Shown here piece by piece: positions 12,700 to 26,288 of a DNA stretch of 64,000 bases (positions within the stretch are counted from its first letter, which is position 1; each line of letters starts with the position of its first letter). The translations under genes and the position numbers were made by a program. Below the pieces are notes generated by a model. The model was not told the origin of the DNA. It made no database searches and worked only from the letters and a program-made list of their open reading frames with translations. This stretch comes from Hormiphora californensis. Taxonomy: Eukaryota; Animalia; Ctenophora. Location of the stretch: contig CM035350.1 in the NCBI GenBank assembly GCA_020137815.1, forward strand, positions 8,618,001-8,682,000. The letters are read 5' to 3'.

Positions 12700-12854
12700 C
12701 TCTGTTGGTGATGCTGATGATGATGATGATGATGATTGATTGATGTTGCTGTTGTCCCTCCACATCGGGGTGAGTAGTGAGGTTTTGGGGACTCACAGGG
12801 ACTGTTCGAGGAACCGTGGATGTTGGTATTGTTGTTTGCAGTTACGAAATACAT
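12700..12854 (-). CDS. Candidate alternative Kv first exon E: MYFVTANNNTNIHGSSNSPCESPKPHYSPRCGGTTATSINHHHHHHQHHQQ
   Basis: 155 nt (3n+2), open frame, donor AG|GTAGGC. Confidence 0.5.
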
Positions 12855-13980
12855 ACTCTTCCATATTATATTACTAGGAGGACATCAAGAAACAACTCCA
12901 TATTATATTACTATCCAGAGAAGGACATCAAGAACAATCTTGAATTATTATATACTCAGCCAGGGAAGACCTACACCCGCAAGCAATATAGGAAAATCAT
13001 CGGGGCGATGAGGAGAGAGAGAAAAAGATGAAAGAAAGAAGGGGAGAGGATGGCAAATTAGTAGCTGGGTGGCTGATGTTAGATGTATGCAGAGGGTGTA
13101 TAATACGAGCCACATCCATAGCAAAATGATAGAGGGTCGAATACTCGAATCGTTTAGGTCCTCTCCTTTTTCTCTCTATCTCTCTATCCCTCTCTCTCTC
13201 TCACTCTCTCGATCATTCCCTCCCATCTCTATGAGCAGTGTGATGCGACAAAACATAGTAATAGTGCGAAGTGTATGTCTTTATTAAAAAGTAATAGAGA
13301 GAAGGAGAGAATGTTAGGTCTGGAAAGTCGGAGTGCCGGACACGATAAATTCTATCGAGAGAGAGAGAAAGAGAGCTATACGGTGCTTCTTGCGCCGACA
13401 TAATGTGTAGGTACGCTAGAAATAATAATCCATTTTAATAAAGTGGACGGTGGTGTATTACATATTGTATAACGGAGATAAGGAAAGGGAAATTGTGACT
13501 GGGCGAAGAAAGATGGATCAGATGAATGACATAGGAGATAGAGAATGAAAAGATGGTCATGGGAATGTAAAAATTAATGACCGAGATGGTTAAAGAAGAA
13601 AGTTGGAAAGTTTACCTCTTCGGTTAAGGTTTGGAAATTGAAAGGTGGATTAAGGTGATCTACAATGAGAAATTGAGGGGTTCTCTCCACCTCCAGGGTG
13701 CTGGAATATAGCGTTATACTCCACAGGTATGCAAATATTCAAATCAAAACTCATGGGTTAGTTATTTATATTTTAATATCAAAACGATAAAATACATGAA
13801 CACTAATTTTGCTGTTATTCTGAGCAGGTCTGAAAGCCGGAAAGCCATTTTAGCAACGAAGATATTTCAGTCCGGGATGAACCAATATAATAGTACCCAT
13901 TTCAACTAGAATAAATCAGGAACCTGGCTGATACGATTGGTAATATAAAGGATGACAACCATTCAATGGTATATACTCAC

Positions 13981-14096
13981 GCTCGTCTAGATACGGAGCC
14001 ATATTGCGGTGGAGGAAGAGGGCCGTGGTGGATGGGGTGCTGGTTAAACTCATACGAGTTACTCTTTGACGAGGGCTGTACAAACTCTGCTCGCAT
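13981..14096 (-). CDS. Candidate alternative Kv first exon F: MRAEFVQPSSKSNSYEFNQHPIHHGPLPPPQYGSVSRR
   Basis: 116 nt (3n+2), consensus donor GTGAGT. Confidence 0.5.
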
Positions 14097-14349
14097 ATCG
14101 CAAAAAAGGGGGCACAACACACAATATATACACGCTTTCGATAAAAACACACACATGCACACACACACACCCCCCTCGGTAGCAATTAAGTTACCAAGTC
14201 CACAACATATGTGTGTGTCACGACACATGTCGACAGAGAGAAAAGGGGCGGGTGCAGGTCCGCCGTGCTGGACATGCAAATTAGTCGGACCAAGGACGCC
14301 TTAACGAGAAGCTCCTTTTCCTCTTCCTTCCAAATGTTTTTTTTTGTTA

Positions 14350-15030
14350 AAATATGTCCATTAGGGGTTACTAAGTTGAAAAATATCGCTTTCGAACATT
14401 ATGTTTGGTATTCAGTGGGTAATGTCCATAATGCAAGTCTATTCAGCAGTATATAAAGATGTCTCTACTAGAAGTTCTGTGGATATTGCTCCCGTTATAA
14501 TGAAGGTCTGGCGTCTACAGAATTATCATCCTCATCATCAATTGTAGCGGAGTTCCTTCATCCTAAGCTGCAGCAGCCCTTAGTTCCAAGATCCAAAACA
14601 AGAAGATGACCATCTTTGCTCCATTCGAAACAGGAAAATCATGATGTTTACATGGTTAGTGATGATCTTCATCTGGGTTGTATGACATGGAAAGGTAGAG
14701 GCCGGTCGCCACGATCCCAAGGATGTACACAAGACAGATGAGATAGGCAATTGTATCACCGTGTTTCCGCACAAATGCTCGCAAGCCCGGAGCATACATG
14801 GCTACAAGAAGAAAGTGGAAACTGACTAGTGAAACCAGCAAAGTGTGTGTTTGCAACGTTTTGCATTGATTCAATACCGAGGAAACGTATACCAAGCGTT
14901 TAGCCGTGAGACACTTCTTTCAACTCTACCAACCTCAGTCTATTAGGTTTTTAATTAGTAAGTCATTGAAATACGCTGTGATGATTATGATCGTTTGATC
15001 CAGTGATAGGGCCTAAATGGTTTTATAATC
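14350..15030 (-). pseudogene. Decayed 7TM/GPCR-like remnant
   Basis: Hydrophobic segments occur in GPCR-like order (ALSLDQTIII; KKCLTAKRLVYV; IAYLICLVYILGIVATGLYL; KMVIFLFWILEL; RRQTFIITGAI; QLSNP), broken by stops and frameshifts. Confidence 0.3.
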
Positions 15031-15254
15031 TATAAGTACGAGCTAGTATTACATATTTATCGTTCCCATGGCTTGCTCTTAATGACCCATCATGCTTTTC
15101 TTCCTTTTCTCTTTTGGCTTCCTCAGAAGTTCTGATTTCCTTTACCAATTGCCATCTTAATTCCCCTATCTCTCTATTCCTCTATTTCTCTCTCTTTCAA
15201 TCCCTCAGTCTCTCTCCCTCATCTGCCCCTCTTCCAGCTTCCTCTATAATATTC

Positions 15255-15421
<167 letters not shown>

Positions 15422-15425
15422 TTAC

Positions 15426-15514
15426 GTTCCATCAGGAGTACCAGGAGTAGTGGCTGACAGGCTTATACGCCTGTCGCGGTTCTTGTTCATTACGAGTCGT
15501 GTAGCCGCAATCAT
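15426..15514 (-). CDS. Candidate alternative Kv first exon G: MIAATRLVMNKNRDRRISLSATTPGTPDG
   Basis: 89 nt (3n+2), consensus donor GTAAGT, MIAAT start shared with exons H and I. Confidence 0.75.
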
Positions 15515-15749
15515 GATGAAACCTTTTTCACTCAACAAATGCAACGGGCAATGACACGCTCAAATGACAGCTCAAATAGCACGTGTCTTTCGACGACACT
15601 AGGCAGAGGCAACAACAATACAGACCGGAATTAAGAGCTAAAAACAAGGTTGCATGTGTAATACACCAAGAGACTGGTAGCGTTGTTTGGTCATCGTGTT
15701 CAGGCACGAACCCAATGTGCCTGCTAACAAATCACCACAATACACTTAC

Positions 15750-15916
15750 GTCGAACAGAGGCTGTGTTGTATCCTCGTTTCAAAGTTGGATAACCGAGAA
15801 AATGGCGATTTGAGTTCCACTACGACATTCCCGTCGAGTCTTGTACGGACACCCGCGTGGGTCGCCCTGACACCCTGCCGACGGGCTCGGCGGGATGCGG
15901 CGGTGGCTGCAATCAT
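15750..15916 (-). CDS. Candidate alternative Kv first exon H: MIAATAASRRARRQGVRATHAGVRTRLDGNVVVELKSPFSRLSNFETRIQHSLCS
   Basis: 167 nt (3n+2), consensus donor GTAAGT, acceptor-like CTCTCTAG 22 nt upstream. Confidence 0.75.
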
Positions 15917-16748
15917 AGCCAGCGTGGCAAAATTGTATCTAGAGAGTATAGAGCTAGTAGTAACTCGATAAGATGATGATGATGATGATGATGAAGATGA
16001 TTAGCACATGCAGGCTAACATACGATCTTGAAAGAATCTAAGAGAGAAGCAATTAGCAATTCGGAATAGTATAGTAACGATGTCTTTCCGTTCGATTCTC
16101 TATACTTTTAGTGATCTAGACGAATAGAAAATACGCTATCATTTTTAGGCAAAGTCTTCTATTTTAATAACATCAACAAGCCTAAGATAGAGATCAACAA
16201 TTCAAGTTAATGACTGCTTTGGAAGTCTGGTTTAATGGCCTTTATCTCTATCTATTATTCTCCCTTTCTCTCGACATTTTTTGTTCGCTTCGATTTACTC
16301 CCTTCTCTATCCTCCCCAAACATCATATCAATTTCCTTTCTATTTCTCAATCTCTTTTTTCCTCTCTCTCTCTATATCTATCTCTCTTCTTTATGTATCT
16401 TATTCTCTCACTATTTCTCTGATTCTCTAACTCACTAACTGCTAGACTCGCAAGGGTCGGGGTAGACAGAGTGCACATCCGGTAGATTAAAACCCAGCAG
16501 AGTACCCATCAATCTTAGACCAGAGAGACATTAGCTACAATGAGAGAGGGGGCATAATATCAAGATACGAACAGTGTGTCATGTGGGTTCAAACATAGTA
16601 ACTAAATTTAATCACGGTACACGGTTATCAATAGAATTACACATGATGTGAATCATGATTCAATCATTTGACATTCGCTGATTTACAGTTATTGAAGGCG
16701 TAACTCCTAGCGTCAGTTTGAAAATAAGAGAAAAGAGAGAGAGAGATA

Positions 16749-16795
<47 letters not shown>

Positions 16796-16814
16796 GAGAG
16801 ATATAGGGAGAGAG

Positions 16815-16897
<83 letters not shown>

Positions 16898-18170
16898 TTC
16901 GTAAAAGAGTTACAGCTCAAGAAAGAGAGAAATGAATAAGGGAGACTGGAGCCTGGTGGTATCTCCATATGTAGTATTACGCGCTGTAAGATAACATACA
17001 GATCACTCAGAACTCCCAAATTGTGTGTGAGCTCCTCTCTACTTGCCCGCCCGTATCCCTCTCTATTTGTACCTCGGATCCCTCTCTATTTACCCATCTC
17101 TCGCAATCCCTCTCTTCTATTGAATATGGTTATTGGTCACCGATCGAGCTGAGAGGTGCCAGCATGAGTGTGTATAAGAACAAATACACGCCCCAACTGC
17201 AGCTGTACCTAAATCACTGTATCAAATCATCAGCTATGTTATTCAAGATGCATTTGTAAGATATATGTTTGATTAATCGAATTGACATGCTATATATTGT
17301 ATTCTAAATGATGCAGCAAGAACAAACAGAATATATTACAAATGGAGCAGGGGGAACAGTTCAGCCACTTCAACTCTGGTACACTGTTTCCGCACCAAAA
17401 CAGCAGCTCTAATATAGCGGATACAACTGCTCTCCACCAGCTGCTGCAGTTTCTCAGCGGATAGAACCATTAGATAGGTCGACCCGTTATACCGCAGAAA
17501 AACAACGCAGCTCTCCCCGCAGCCCCCATGATATTGCAGCTCATGCCAGAAATGCAATGATTTTGTACACGCACGTGGACAAGAAGTTCCAGGTGGATAT
17601 ATCGTGTATCTTGAAAGTACAGATCTCTGGACTATAACATCAGTTATGATGACCTGTGTATTTTGTGGCAAAATATACTGACAATGATCGACAGAAAGTG
17701 GGCAAAGAACTTGTGCCTGCTAAGTTAGTAAGCAGTAAACACCAATATTAATAATCATGATTAAAACTCGGGTGGTCTTGCTCTTCTTGTAGACTAAAGA
17801 TCAACAGGTCCTGCATACCCGCGTATTGTCCCTCATTGGCATGAAGTGTCTTCATAACTAATGCATAATGCAAACCAGACTTATTTAGGTCTAACCCGGA
17901 AGAAGTGCCTGGTTTTAATAGAGTTTACCAGGTTGGTAAGCCTAAATGGAGGCTTCAGTTCTATACTCTCTTCTCGCTGCCTATCACGGTCTGCAACCCA
18001 TGGTATCATACATGGTGCTAAACCTGCTACCTGTAATTTTATTGCAATTTTATCCCGTGTTACCTGGATGTCGAGGAATGGGCCTGGATGGAGGCCGCAG
18101 CGTAGAATGCCATCCTCCTCACATGCAGTAGGGGTCCCTTGTTCCTCCGCTAATATCAGCTGGTTCTAGT

Positions 18171-18279
18171 CAGGAACCGACCGAATCAGGAAATACTAGT
18201 CCCTGATTGGCTAATAACCAGTCACGTGACCTAAATAACGAGTTCTGATTGGTTGTTTACTTGTTTCGGTCGGTTCCTG
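18171..18279. mobile_element. ~109-bp hAT-like MITE (abundant Pleurobrachia-type repeat)
   Basis: TIR CAGGAACCGACCGAA / TTCGGTCGGTTCCTG. Flanking 8-mers GTTCTAGT / GCTCTAGT form a TSD with 1 mismatch. It translates like the 'EPTETSKQPIRTRYLGHVTGYQPIRD' junk I recall from P. bachei gene models. Confidence 0.85.
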
Positions 18280-20167
18280 GCTCTAGTCAACAACAAGAGT
18301 TTCAAACAAGCGCTGCAATATATTATATGTTTGGCCCGTATTAGACCTCTAACTAAAGATGAACATAATCCTAATACAACAGCCTACTACTGCAGACTAT
18401 AGTTTTAATAATAATGGTAAAGTAGAAGGAGCAATATATTATGTATTTTTCTACTAAAAATCCAATGAAAATCATAAACCATTTGTCTATCTTTTTTCTA
18501 CATAAAATTGAATATTTCTCTAGCTCTCTCTCTTCCCTCTATCTTTATCTCTGAAACCTTGATTTCTTTCTCTCATCACGACTCTCTCAGGTGGTTTGTG
18601 GTTTGCAAAAGAAGCACAATGTATAAAGAAGTCAAAGCTCCTCCCCTACTGCTGTTTGTTTCTCGTTTATCTCTCTATACAGAAAGATCTAGAACTTTTC
18701 TCCTTTCTCCCTAGACTTTCTGACTCACAAATTAACCGGCATTGCCTAATGTCTTTAAGGATCGGTAGGCAACTAGTTCAGAAATAGGCTATTTAAAATC
18801 TGAGGAGATCGTGATTTCTTGATGTATCAGTTAGAAATGAGATACAAGGTGTTAATCAGTTAAATTAAAGCAAATTCTGCTTAGAGTAGCTATGAGTTGT
18901 ATGTCTTAATGACGTGAAGAGATCAGATCGTATCGTTTACTACTTGATCAATAGATGATAGATCAAACATAGAGAGGAGAGAGATACACTGGAAGGAAAT
19001 ACGATAAAGAAGAGATAAGTGAAGAAGAAGTAAGAGGGAAGTAAGATGATATAAATAAAAGCTGCTTTTCGCCAGGATCCGACCACAGAAACGCTATATC
19101 CGATACTCAAAGAGTTTTCCTACCATACATACAAGCAGGGAAAATCCAGGAAGAATTCTACGAAATCTAAAAAGGATTCCAGTGGCAAGTGATCGAACCC
19201 ACTTGCCCTTTCCAACCAGCATAGAGAGAGGGATAAATAAATTGCTTCATAACCAAGACGCTAAAGAGATGGCGATAATAAGTGGCATGGGTATATTCAG
19301 TAGTACAAGACACAATCGGTAGTAGGGAGTCGGCCCTTGAATTACCACACAAGTGTGTGTACATCTTGAATAGAAGATATAGGGGCAGCTGGGATCATTC
19401 ATCAATAATGGCAGACTGGGACTCTATACTATCTATCTCTCCGTATCTCTCTGTAATAGGGTTTGTGTATACATTATCTTATTGGCATCTGGATACACAA
19501 CGTCGGAGCTACTTTTTACCTTATAATGGTCTCCCAAAGAAAGAAGAAGCCCAACTCTCTTTCTTTCTCTCTCTCCTTCTCTATCTCTATCTATCTTTCT
19601 ATATATCTCTCCCTATCCCTATCCGTCTCTCTCAATCTCTCTCCTTTGTTATCTCTCTACCCTGGGAGTCCCAAGTTCCCTTTCTTCTCCATCTCCAATC
19701 TCGTCAGTGAACTCCAACTACTGTTTCTAATCTCTGCCACGGTACTATGATTATACACGTTTATCACTGTGTGATCCAGTTCGTAATCACAGATCTAGAA
19801 GGAATAGAACTCAGTCCAGTTCATGGGCGCGGTTCTCCGAGGACAAAAGCAGACTGAGAAACATTACATACAACTTCAGAGTAGGGAGGCAAAATGAAGT
19901 ACATTACTGGGCTCCATCATCTCCATACCAGAGCTGCATGACCGCAGAATTTCCCCCAACAACATTGCAAACCTGATCTTTTAGTTTAACAACGTCTGGA
20001 AATTTCTTAAATTTACAGTCCACACAACACATGGTGTTCAGTACAACTTTCAAGAACTCACTTCATGTTTATAATATTTCAAAAGAAGTGGTATCTTGTA
20101 GATATTATAACCGAACCTACGGGTGTGGTACCTCAAATGAAGGAGATTTCTAGAAAATACTACCTAC

Positions 20168-20295
20168 CCTGCGATCACCATTGTTGAAAGGGTGGCCGGG
20201 AACTTGCCCCCCTTGTCCCTCAGACTCGGTCGGTAGTACCCAAAGTATCCCGCTCGGCGGGAGCGGCGGCTGGAAAATGCCGTCGCCGCGATCAT
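20168..20295 (-). CDS. Candidate alternative Kv first exon I: MIAATAFSSRRSRRAGYFGYYRPSLRDKGGKFPATLSTMVIA
   Basis: 128 nt (3n+2), donor GG|GTAGGT, N-terminus clearly similar to exon H. Confidence 0.75.
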
Positions 20296-20420
20296 GACAC
20301 ACAGTACAGATTTATGTCAAAGCAAAATGTTGAAAAGAGTGAGAGATCGGCGCGGGAGAGAGGGAGACCGGATGTACATGCAATGCTATAGGGAGGGTAT
20401 TTGAAAACAATGGACTGTAC

Positions 20421-20572
20421 CTGTTCCAGCTGTTTCTCGTGGATATCCTCCTCTTGACACTGGGGACGCCAATCTCTGACAGTAGAACTTCCATCTCACT
20501 CGGTCGCCTGGCAACGCCATGACGACGGTTTTCCACGCCATGGCGTCGAGTGAGGTAGCTTGCCCCGAACAT
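20421..20572 (-). CDS. Candidate alternative Kv first exon J: MFGASYLTRRHGVENRRHGVARRPSEMEVLLSEIGVPSVKRRISTRNSWN
   Basis: 152 nt (3n+2), donor AG|GTACAG, hydrophobic then Arg-rich. Confidence 0.6.
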
Positions 20573-20783
20573 GGTGCGACGCTACATTTACACACAACGG
20601 TCGGAAAGAAAGAGTGATTTATTATATACTTTACACAGACAACTCAAAAGTTAATCACGAGCTTCAAATGATGTGATACATAGAGACAGGATTATAAAGA
20701 TTAAGAAGGCATTTATCAACGTCTTTTTCTCTATTCCTGTCTATCTCTTTCTCTCTCACTCGATCCCCTCTCTCACAATCTCC

Positions 20784-20840
<57 letters not shown>

Positions 20841-22584
20841 CTCTCTCTCCCTTTCTCTCCCTTTCTCTCTCTCTCTCCCTCTCCAACTATTCCTCTCTCT
20901 CTTTCTCTCTCTCTCCCTTTGTTTCATTTCCCACTATCACTTGTCCCTTCTATGATGCTCGAGTGATATCATGCCCGTTATAGATAGAGATCAGTGAGCT
21001 CCAGACAAAGGCAGCTTCTGTGAGGGATCGGGATAGATATCTACGCGAGAGGGAGGGAAGGTAGAAAACTAGAGGGAGGGGGAGAGAACTAAAGAGAGGG
21101 GAGAACTAGAGGGGGAGAGAGAGGGAAAAGAGAACTAGAGGGAGTGAGTGTGGGAGAGGGGGACAAAGCCAGAACTAATAATCACCGCCCTACTGACTGG
21201 ATATATCATATAGGGCAGCATGATACCCTCCCAGAGGGATATATTCAAGCACAAACACATCATGAATAAATTATACGTATCACAAATCTGCAAACAGTTT
21301 CTCGTAATGGTAATTATAAAATGGTCGGTATAAAGATGTTACTTTTTACTACAGCCGATAGAAAATGATCTATACGACTGCAGTCGACTGGAAAATTACG
21401 GATTTAGTTAATCACAAGATGCAAAAACCTCACACTCTTCATTAATATCTTCATCAACCCCTCTCTGTCTCTCTCTTTACAATCTCTCATCCTTCTTACT
21501 AGCAAATATTAGAGGGGTTAATTTGGAGATGAAAGTGCAGCTCACGTGCCCAACGAACTTCTCTAGAGACGCACAGTGAGGATGAGAAAGATATAGCGAA
21601 GGAGAAAGTCAGAAAGGCCAAGGAGCTGCTGGAAGATAGAGAAAGGTTCTTCTTCTATAGTTCTTCGAAAACTAGCGTACTCTACAACGACCCGTCTATC
21701 ATTTCCTCTCTCTCAAGACCATTTCGGCATCACATGTGCATAGTCATTAGTTATTGGTACTGAAAAACTAGAAGAGTCAGAGTCAGATAGAGTGGAGAGA
21801 AATAGAGGGAGCTATATTGTATTGTTTTGTGCCATTGTAACAGTAACACACGAGTTGTCACACACCCCCTAGAAAGCTGAGGAGCTGCACAATACTCCTC
21901 ATAGTAACATATACTCGGCGCTCCACACAAGGTTATTATTCGTGCTGTCAGGGAAGGTACGGGAGGGGCATGTTCCGAACTTGTTTAGGGAATTGCAGGG
22001 ACACTTGTCAAGCGGGCGGCTACCGACCAAAGCTCTGCAGTACACCACCTGCAGCAGTGTATGCAGATTTCTTATTATGCAAGGTCAACATGACAATGGA
22101 GAATAACTGCTCCAGGCAACTACACAAGGATGCGGGATGCCTAATTAAAATGCAGGTCGGAACCTTACTTTCCTATTCTTTAGTCCTAACCGCACACATA
22201 TGATTTATTCTTATGGATTATCTTTTTCATAAAATCATCTGTATTATCTCTGCAGGATTTTAACCGACTTCTATCATTTTGAGGTCATCAAGTACGTTTC
22301 TTTCTCTCAGTGACCGGAGGACCAATTAGGGAAAGACGTGATGTCCTCATCATACTAAGATCATATATAATAGATTCATGTGAGCTAGTTACCGTCATAC
22401 AAAGGTCAGGCAAGGTTGACGGATATGAAATACTTACTCTAACGCAACACTGTCGGAAAAGTGATCTGCGAATCGAGAAACTGCTCGTATAGGCTATAGT
22501 AGGCATGATTATGTATGATATAAAAGGCAAACCCAAGTATATATGGCGACAGAAAGAACAGAGCTCAGTGAGAGAGAGCGAGAG

Positions 22585-22687
<103 letters not shown>

Positions 22688-24475
22688 TGACCACGAACAA
22701 AACTCCACTGTCAAGTATCCTAAAACAAACTAGACAAGTCTCAGTGGTCATCAATTGCGTCACACACGACACTACCAAGCAGCAGTAGACTATCAGTAGC
22801 TCTCATGAATATATTGCTGGCTGCTGCCGACTATCATGGTGAGGGATATTGGATCCTACTGATCAACACTTGTATCCGTCAACACCGTGTCAAAAGCGTG
22901 GACTCTATGGAGATTGGAGATTAAAAACAACAACTCATTCCGTCAAAAAACAGTGTGGATAACTGCAGATGTGATGGCGATGAAGAGAGAGGCGATTTCG
23001 AAGAAGAACACACAATGTCAACTTCGTTCTTCTAGCTAACTTCTATTGATGGTACAGATCGATTATCTTCATCATCAATCTCCATCACCCTCTTTCGAGA
23101 TCTATCTTATGGACATGGCTTCACAATCAAGCGATATGATGATCATTGATTGTACTTTCATGATATATACATTCTCGAAGAGAGATCAGATCTTGCAACT
23201 TGTGTATACACTGGCCACAATCCTACACACACATGGACTTCATATACCAACTGGGTGTCATTGTGTCTAATATGAAGAACCATGTACAAATCACTCAGGC
23301 AGGGATTTTAGAATGGTGGAAATGTTGAATATTTCCAACAACACCACCAATGTGGTACAACAAGCAATGGTTTGTGCGGTAGTAGAAGGGACTAGCTATG
23401 ACTCTGTTGGAGTACAACAAACAATGGTACAATAGAAAGTATTGCACATGATCTAAAATTGCAGGGAGGAGAGGGTGAATATTGTACTCGTGGGTAATAA
23501 AGAGGGCCAACAATGCAGTGTTACCACTCTCCTCCCCTCCTCGGTCTCTCTGCAGTGTTGCCACTCTCCTCTCACTGCCCCTTCCCTCGGTCTCCTCGCC
23601 GTTTTAATTCGAAATGACATGGTGCAAACAAAGAAAGACGTTTAGAGAATTCAAGGCACCTACTTTCTCATTCACTATTGCTATATATCTACTCTATGGA
23701 GAAAAAACATGTTCATTTCGGAGTTTATCATATATCCCTTCTGTTGACAGCTGTGGGGAAAGCATTCTATGTTGAGATATATAATAGCAGTACAGTAGTA
23801 GTAGTAACTACGTGTCTAAACCGTACCATGATAGATCACGCTTTATTTCTACATGTCTATTCAGACTGAAGGCTCTGAGACTCTTCTTCTTCTTCTTCTT
23901 CTGGGAGCACTAGCCAGTAAGGGGTGGGTGCCATGAGGCTCCCGTTCCCCGTCCTGGGTGATGTGGCTGGTATGTTGTCAAGCTGCTTCGGCCCAAGGAG
24001 AGCTGGTGCTATACCAGATCACAGGGGAAACCTCCCTTTAAGGGGTGGAGACTCTTGTCACTCAGTATAAATGGAGAAGTAGTACATCTACATTTTGTCT
24101 ACTCTCCTAGACCTACACCTACAATTGTCTGGAAGCATACACGCCACACGGATGGCAGTACATCTCATAATGATCTCGTAATAATACTCACTCATCTCAA
24201 CATCCCTCTCTGCAAAGGTACTTACCCTTCATTTCTACCCTCTCACATGTTTATTGAATATATTCAATAGATGGCATTATTTGAATCCTAGCCAAAAATT
24301 AACTGACTATGAACTATGAACTAACTGGAGAGGTTTGATTGAAAGAACAAATTCCTCGAAGTGGCAATAATGACAACATCTTAAGGGTTAAAGACCACGA
24401 AAATACAGCATACATAATACAGCATACAACAGTCGATGTATTATAATATAGCGGAAATCAACCCCCACCACTTAC

Positions 24476-24579
24476 CCAAAGTGTTTATAGCTCCGTTGTG
24501 CTTCCCGAAGATCGTGTGTATCATAGAGGGCGTGACGTCGACCTCGAAGTCGAGCATTAATGGCCTCCGCAGTAAACAT
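24476..24579 (-). CDS. Candidate alternative Kv first exon L: MFTAEAINARLRGRRHALYDTHDLREAQRSYKHF
   Basis: 104 nt (3n+2), consensus donor GG|GTAAGT, acceptor-like CCCCTTATAG 11 nt upstream. Confidence 0.7.
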
Positions 24580-25084
24580 TTCAACAAGAGCTATAAGGGG
24601 GGCAATAAACAGCAATTCAAGGAGAAGGCATGTGTATAACTAATATAAAGGGGGGAGAGTATAGGAACTATAGGAGCTAGTATATCGAGATAAAAGGATG
24701 GAGGAAGGGCTCAAGGGCTGGGGAAATACAGCAGGACTGTAGCTTATTGATATATCGTCCATTAAGGGCTGCTCGAGGTCCGCTGAGTAATGATGGCCTG
24801 CTGAAGACCGCAGATTGGAGATAATTACATAGCCAGAGAAGGAGAAATATCTACAATTACTAGTAAAAGACCGCGTGGTAGTGGGCCGGATATGATTTTG
24901 GACTACACTGCATTAGAGATTGGAGAAGGAGCTCTCTAACGGTTGTGCAAAGTCATTAATTTCTTCTATTCACCAGTATTAGTAATACCAGTAATACTTA
25001 TTGCTCTTCTCCTTGTTCTATACAGCTTATTTCCCATGCAGATCAACTTTTCTTTATCTAATCTCTTGTTTTCTCTCTTATCCT

Positions 25085-25186
<102 letters not shown>

Positions 25187-25936
25187 TTCACAACTGTATT
25201 ATACAATGCATCAACAATCTGTAAAGGAAAAATTAAGCTCCTCCTCAGTACGGAGTTAGCAGGAGAGAAGGATGGTGTATAAAGTACTATATGTATATGA
25301 GTGATTATGTAAAGTCACTCTTTCTATTAAGCGTCAATAATTGCTCGAATTGATATAAACAATCACAGCCTGTTATAATTTCCGTTAACCATCATTCTTC
25401 AGGTTGTTGATGACGTTGGTCCAATGTGATCCAAGGTGGTCCAAGATGCTTCAAGGTGTTTCAAGGTGGCCCAAGTTGGTTTGGCTGATAGTTTCTCAGT
25501 ATAAAACGAGGTGTAGAAACAATCCATGAAATTGGATATTATGTACATCTAAAAATTTTCAACATTGTACAATATCGAAGGAGAACTAAAAACCTATCCA
25601 CACTCTACCAATACAACCTATTGTGGAAATGGCTCCAGATAGGCACCGCAGGATCTTTTGTGAAAGGAATGTTACAAATAATGTCAGGTCATCTAAAAGT
25701 GGATGACGGAAGAAGATCGCTTCTTAATTTTTATAATTTTATAAGCCACTAATGCAGTGTATCAGCAATACTACACTGTATATTATTAATTGCCATAGCT
25801 CTTCCGTGATCCGTACCAACCAATAAAGTACTTTGTGGCCGATGCCCCCACCCTCTTTTACAAATGTAAAGGAGGGATAGAACAGAACAAGTACCATCAG
25901 GGTGGGTCAGCTCCACACGGACAAACAAGTACTTAC

Positions 25937-26288
25937 GTGGAGAGATTGCAGTTGGAGAGTTCAGTTTCACTTCCGCTGTCCCTGAGGAGCAGGCTGCACT
26001 GCTGTGAACTAAAATGAAGGGATGTCAACAACAGATCAACACAAAGGATGAAATGCACAAGCTCTAATTAATAACCTACCCAATGACTGCGCTAGTACTG
26101 TTGAAATCATCTTTGAAGGAGGAGAATAGTTTCTCTGTCACGGTGGGGGAGGGTGCTGAGTTGGTGTTAAAGCTTGTCACAGCCGCTGCTGTGATTGTCA
26201 TGGCTCTGGCCCTCCACCGGGATGCAGCTGTTCTCCTTTCTTTCTGCTGCTGATTAGCCACATTGCTAATCGAGAACATGCTCTGCAT
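25937..26288 (-). CDS. Candidate two-exon alternative Kv N-terminus M: 26288-26080 (MQSMFSISNVANQQQKERRTAASRWRARAM...SAVI) plus symmetric exon 26008-25937 (SQQCSLLLRDSGSETELSNCNLS)
   Basis: The first exon is 209 nt (3n+2) with donor GTAGGT. A 71-nt intron ends TTTTAG. The second exon is 72 nt, phase 2-2, with donor GTAAGT. Confidence 0.65.

Noticed and set aside
22024-22506. Further possible Kv first exons: 22024-22091 (MLTLHNKKSAYTAAGGVLQSFG, phase 2) and 22438-22506 (MPTIAYTSSFSIRRSLFRQCCVR, strong donor)
   Set aside because: The first has a weak donor (GTAGCC). The second is phase 0 and would be out of frame unless there is an indel or an extra exon. Both are worth re-checking with reads.
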